Below, piece by piece: positions 60,291 to 64,000 of a stretch of 64,000 bases of DNA. Origin of the DNA: the human T2T-CHM13v2.0 reference genome, Homo sapiens. The first letter of the stretch is position 1. Every line of letters starts with the position of its first letter. The notes beneath the pieces are model-generated. The model did not search any database and was not told where the DNA came from. It worked only from the letters and a program-made list of their open reading frames with translations. The stretch lies in the NCBI RefSeq assembly GCF_009914755.1, contig NC_060929.1; one strand, written 5' to 3'. The translations under genes and the position numbers were made by a program.

Positions 60291-63200
60291 TTCTCTTACT
60301 TTTGTTTCTTGTATTCCAGGCTGATACATATGACACTCTTTTGTGCCTACCGCATGCAGTACTCTTACTCATCCTTCAGATTGTAACTCAAACATCACTT
60401 CCTCAGGACAGTCTTTCCTGACACCCCAGACTATGTCATGGTGCTCGGTTCCTCTGCATCGCAGCACACCTCTTGGGTTGTAATTACACACCGATGTGTG
60501 GGATTTTCTGATTAACCTTTGTCTCTTCTACTGTAAACTCTACAAAAGCAGGAACTACTCTTGTTTCTGCCCACTCTTGCATTCCCCTACTGTGTACATG
60601 GCACATAGGAAATGGCCAAAGTACCTATTATTATTATGGTTATTATTTTTGTTATTATTGAATAGAAAGTACGTCAAATCAAACACACTTCCTCTACAGT
60701 GGTGGAAACTGAGGCTGAGAAAGGTGGGGTGGCCTTTCCAAATGTAACTAGTATATTGCAGGCAGTACAGTGATGTTGGCTGGTGGTGGAGTCTTATGCT
60801 TAGACCTTATTGGGTACACAAAGCGAAGTATTCAGTTTCAATTATACCATGGGAAATAGTGTGGGGATAGTAATGGGGTTTCACAGTGGGGGTTCTGAGG
60901 ACCATCTGGAGGTCCCCTGAAATCTAAAGTGAGAAGTAAAGCCCTACTGCAGAGGCTCTCAACTGTCAGTGGGGCTCTAGGTATGGCTCAGACAAGTTTT
61001 TGCCAAGTACCCGCCTGGCCTTTTCTGGTGGTTTCTATTGGGTTGCCCATATGTACAGTGGCCCTCACTCAAGGGCATCTTAATGGTGGTGCTTGGCCTC
61101 TGCCCATGAGCAGTTCCAATTCCAGAGCACTGGTATTTGGTTTTAGAATGCACTGTGTGGTGGCCAAGCCAAGATTAGTTGCATCCCCTGACTCCTGCCT
61201 GGGTCAGTGACTTTCTTTTTCCACTACATCAGTCTGACCCTTTTAACAACAATGTACCCCATAAGGGGGCAAACCCATGACCTGAAGATTATGTGTCTCA
61301 GGCTCTACACGTGAGCCTGGCAGCAACACAGGCTGAAGTATTTCCTTCCTTTCCCTGCACCCCACCTGCCCAAATACACACTTGTAAGATACCGATTTCT
61401 CTTTCCTCTTTCAGACACTTGGCAAAGTCTGGCTAGGACTTCATCTCCTCTTCATCCTCAGTGACCTGGTTTTCCTATTTTTTTCTGAAGTATAAACCAT
61501 CATTCCTTTGATAATCAGATGCTGTTTATTGAGTGCTCCAGAAATATGAATGTGAGTCTGATCCTGGAAAATGAGTGGTCCCATTTGGGGTGGGATCCTC
61601 ACCCCCTAAAAATACTTGAGCAGGTACATAAATATCCATGACTGTGAGCTCTGGGGGCCCATGAGAGCTGCATTCTTATGCCAGCATGCACAAAAAACAA
61701 CATATACCTTAGTGTAAAGCACTCTGACACGCTGGTGATAATCACAGGAGTCTGGACAGTTTATTTTGTAGCAGATCACATGTGGCATATGTGTGAAAAT
61801 ATCCATGTTTCCAGAGAATCGAAATTAAACAGTGAGTTCACTTTGTTCTTTAGTAAGAGGTACCTTTCAAATTCATTCATGTTTTCATGAGCTCGTTAGG
61901 TGGATGTTTTCTTGACCTAGGCTGTGTTAACACTTTATAATTATGTACAAAATGTTGTGTGTAAGTGCACGTGTGTATACTTTTGGAGAGAAGGGTCAGC
62001 ATCCATCATCTGATTCTTAATGGGGGTCAGTGTAGCAAAAAGTAGAAAATTATTGAATTAGACCATGGCTTGTCAGTATTCCATTCACCCAGTTACTGTC
62101 CTGAACCCTGTTTATTCACATGGATAGGGTACGACAACATCGTGTATGTCAGGTTGCACTGAAAAATCACTCCCTTGGAAGAAACTGAACAAAGACCTAA
62201 ATGCTTAAATGCTACCTTATCTTACATGATAAAAACCATTAGTTTTATTTCTGAAATGAAAGATATATTCATTTTTTCATTCTGGACTAGGGAGACAGTT
62301 CACTCTTTTCAATTCCCAGTGTTTTTGCATTATGCTTTTAAGAGTAGACTTAAATTTGTCCCTGCTACTATTTCTCATGTTAGACTGAGTCAGTGTGGGA
62401 GACAGATTTTCCTCTCAGTCAGCTTATTTGGCTTTTCTGGCCTGTAAATTTCACTTTTGACTTGACCCACTCTCCTGATTTGTGTTTGGCACTTTTGAGA
62501 CCCATTCACTGACTGTCCCTTTAACAGTTGGTTCTGTCTTTGGGTGAAGTTCACATTCCTTCCCTCATATTGTTGTTGTTTAAGTCAAAATAATACACAA
62601 CTTTCTAGATCGAAAGGGCCCAATATAATGAATTAAATGATACACAACAAATTAAATGATAAATAATACACAACTTTCTAGATTGAAAGGGCCCAATATA
62701 ATGAATTAAAAATACATTCATAGTACTAAAGAGTTATAGATAAACATGAATCTTCTTTTCTGCCATTCTCTACTTCTAACTCCCATTTCCCTAGAGACAA
62801 TCATCATTAATGTTTTATCTGCTTTTCTGCTGTTTCTCTCCACATTTCTAAAATTGATTATCCATATTGCTGTTTTTGATAGTAAAAATTTTGATATTAT
62901 CTCTTGACTTCCTAAAGTGGAAAAAGATTTAGCTAGCTCTTTTATGTACTCTTTCTCTGCCAGTTCTTCCTTTTCCTTCTACCTTCCTAATACTTTATAA
63001 CATAGTTTCTGGTTAAAAATACATTCATAAAATAAAATGTGAAGAAAAGCTAAAAAAATTCAGAGCTTTTATTATTATGACCATATAAATATTTATAGTA
63101 GAACCATATAGTATTCTACAATTACATATCCTTTCCAGTATAGCTTTTTGTTTCTCTGGCCTTACTAATTGCCTTAGTTTTTTATTTGCTTCTGTGCCTA

Positions 63201-63421
63201 TGTAGTTCTTACTGTTTCATTTTCACTTTCTCTGCCAAACATTTTAGATAATGCTGATTTTTTTAAAACCCTTTATCTTCCTGCTCTAATCTAGAGCAAT
63301 TTATTTCTCCAATACCACCTGGAAATGTCCTTCAGTTCTCTCTTATATCTCTTTTCTCAGGTATCAGATCTCCTTTTTTCTTAAATTTCCCCGTGGTTTT
63401 GAAGAAGAAAGGAGGCATGCA

Positions 63422-63736
<315 letters not shown>

Positions 63737-64000
63737 TGAGTATCAGAAAACATTTTGTTTTAGTCTTACATTTAATTGACAGTTTGCTGGGTATAAAATT
63801 TTCTTTGAATACTAATTTTCCTCAAAATTTTGATGCTATTACTCTGCTGTTTTGTAGCTTTTGGTGTTACCATTCTGATTATTTATATTTTTCATGCTTT
63901 CTTTTTCTCCATCTCTAGAAGCTTTTAGTATTTTCTCTGTATTGTTGATTGTATCAGTAAGGATCTAGTCAGGAAAATAGAGCCTATGCCAGGTGATTCA

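Overview
Primate genomic DNA, human by the AluYb8 insertion and the protein sequence. It covers the 5' half of NPR3 (natriuretic peptide clearance receptor, NPR-C) on the + strand. The first three coding exons (27445-28213, 40364-40486, 54528-54694; 769+123+167 nt = 353 codons, all GT-AG) splice in frame, and the gene continues past the window. A CpG island (~25.4-30.1 kb) covers the promoter. Two further ATG-initiated, phase-1 candidate first exons (4743-4842 and 26323-26443) could splice onto exon 2 and give N-terminally truncated receptors. Most of the rest is interspersed repeat: a near full-length L1MA carrying four nested insertions, a full-length Hsmar2 mariner split by two MaLR LTRs, many Alus, and MER, Tigger, MIR and L2 relics. 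I found no evidence for a new biological system. The best leads are the alternative first exons, a 73-bp near-identical duplication in the upstream promoter region, a sense L1 poly(A) signal just after exon 2, atypical retrotransposition events and several template-switch scars. Repeat subfamily names come from recalled consensus sequences and repeat boundaries are approximate; no searches were run.
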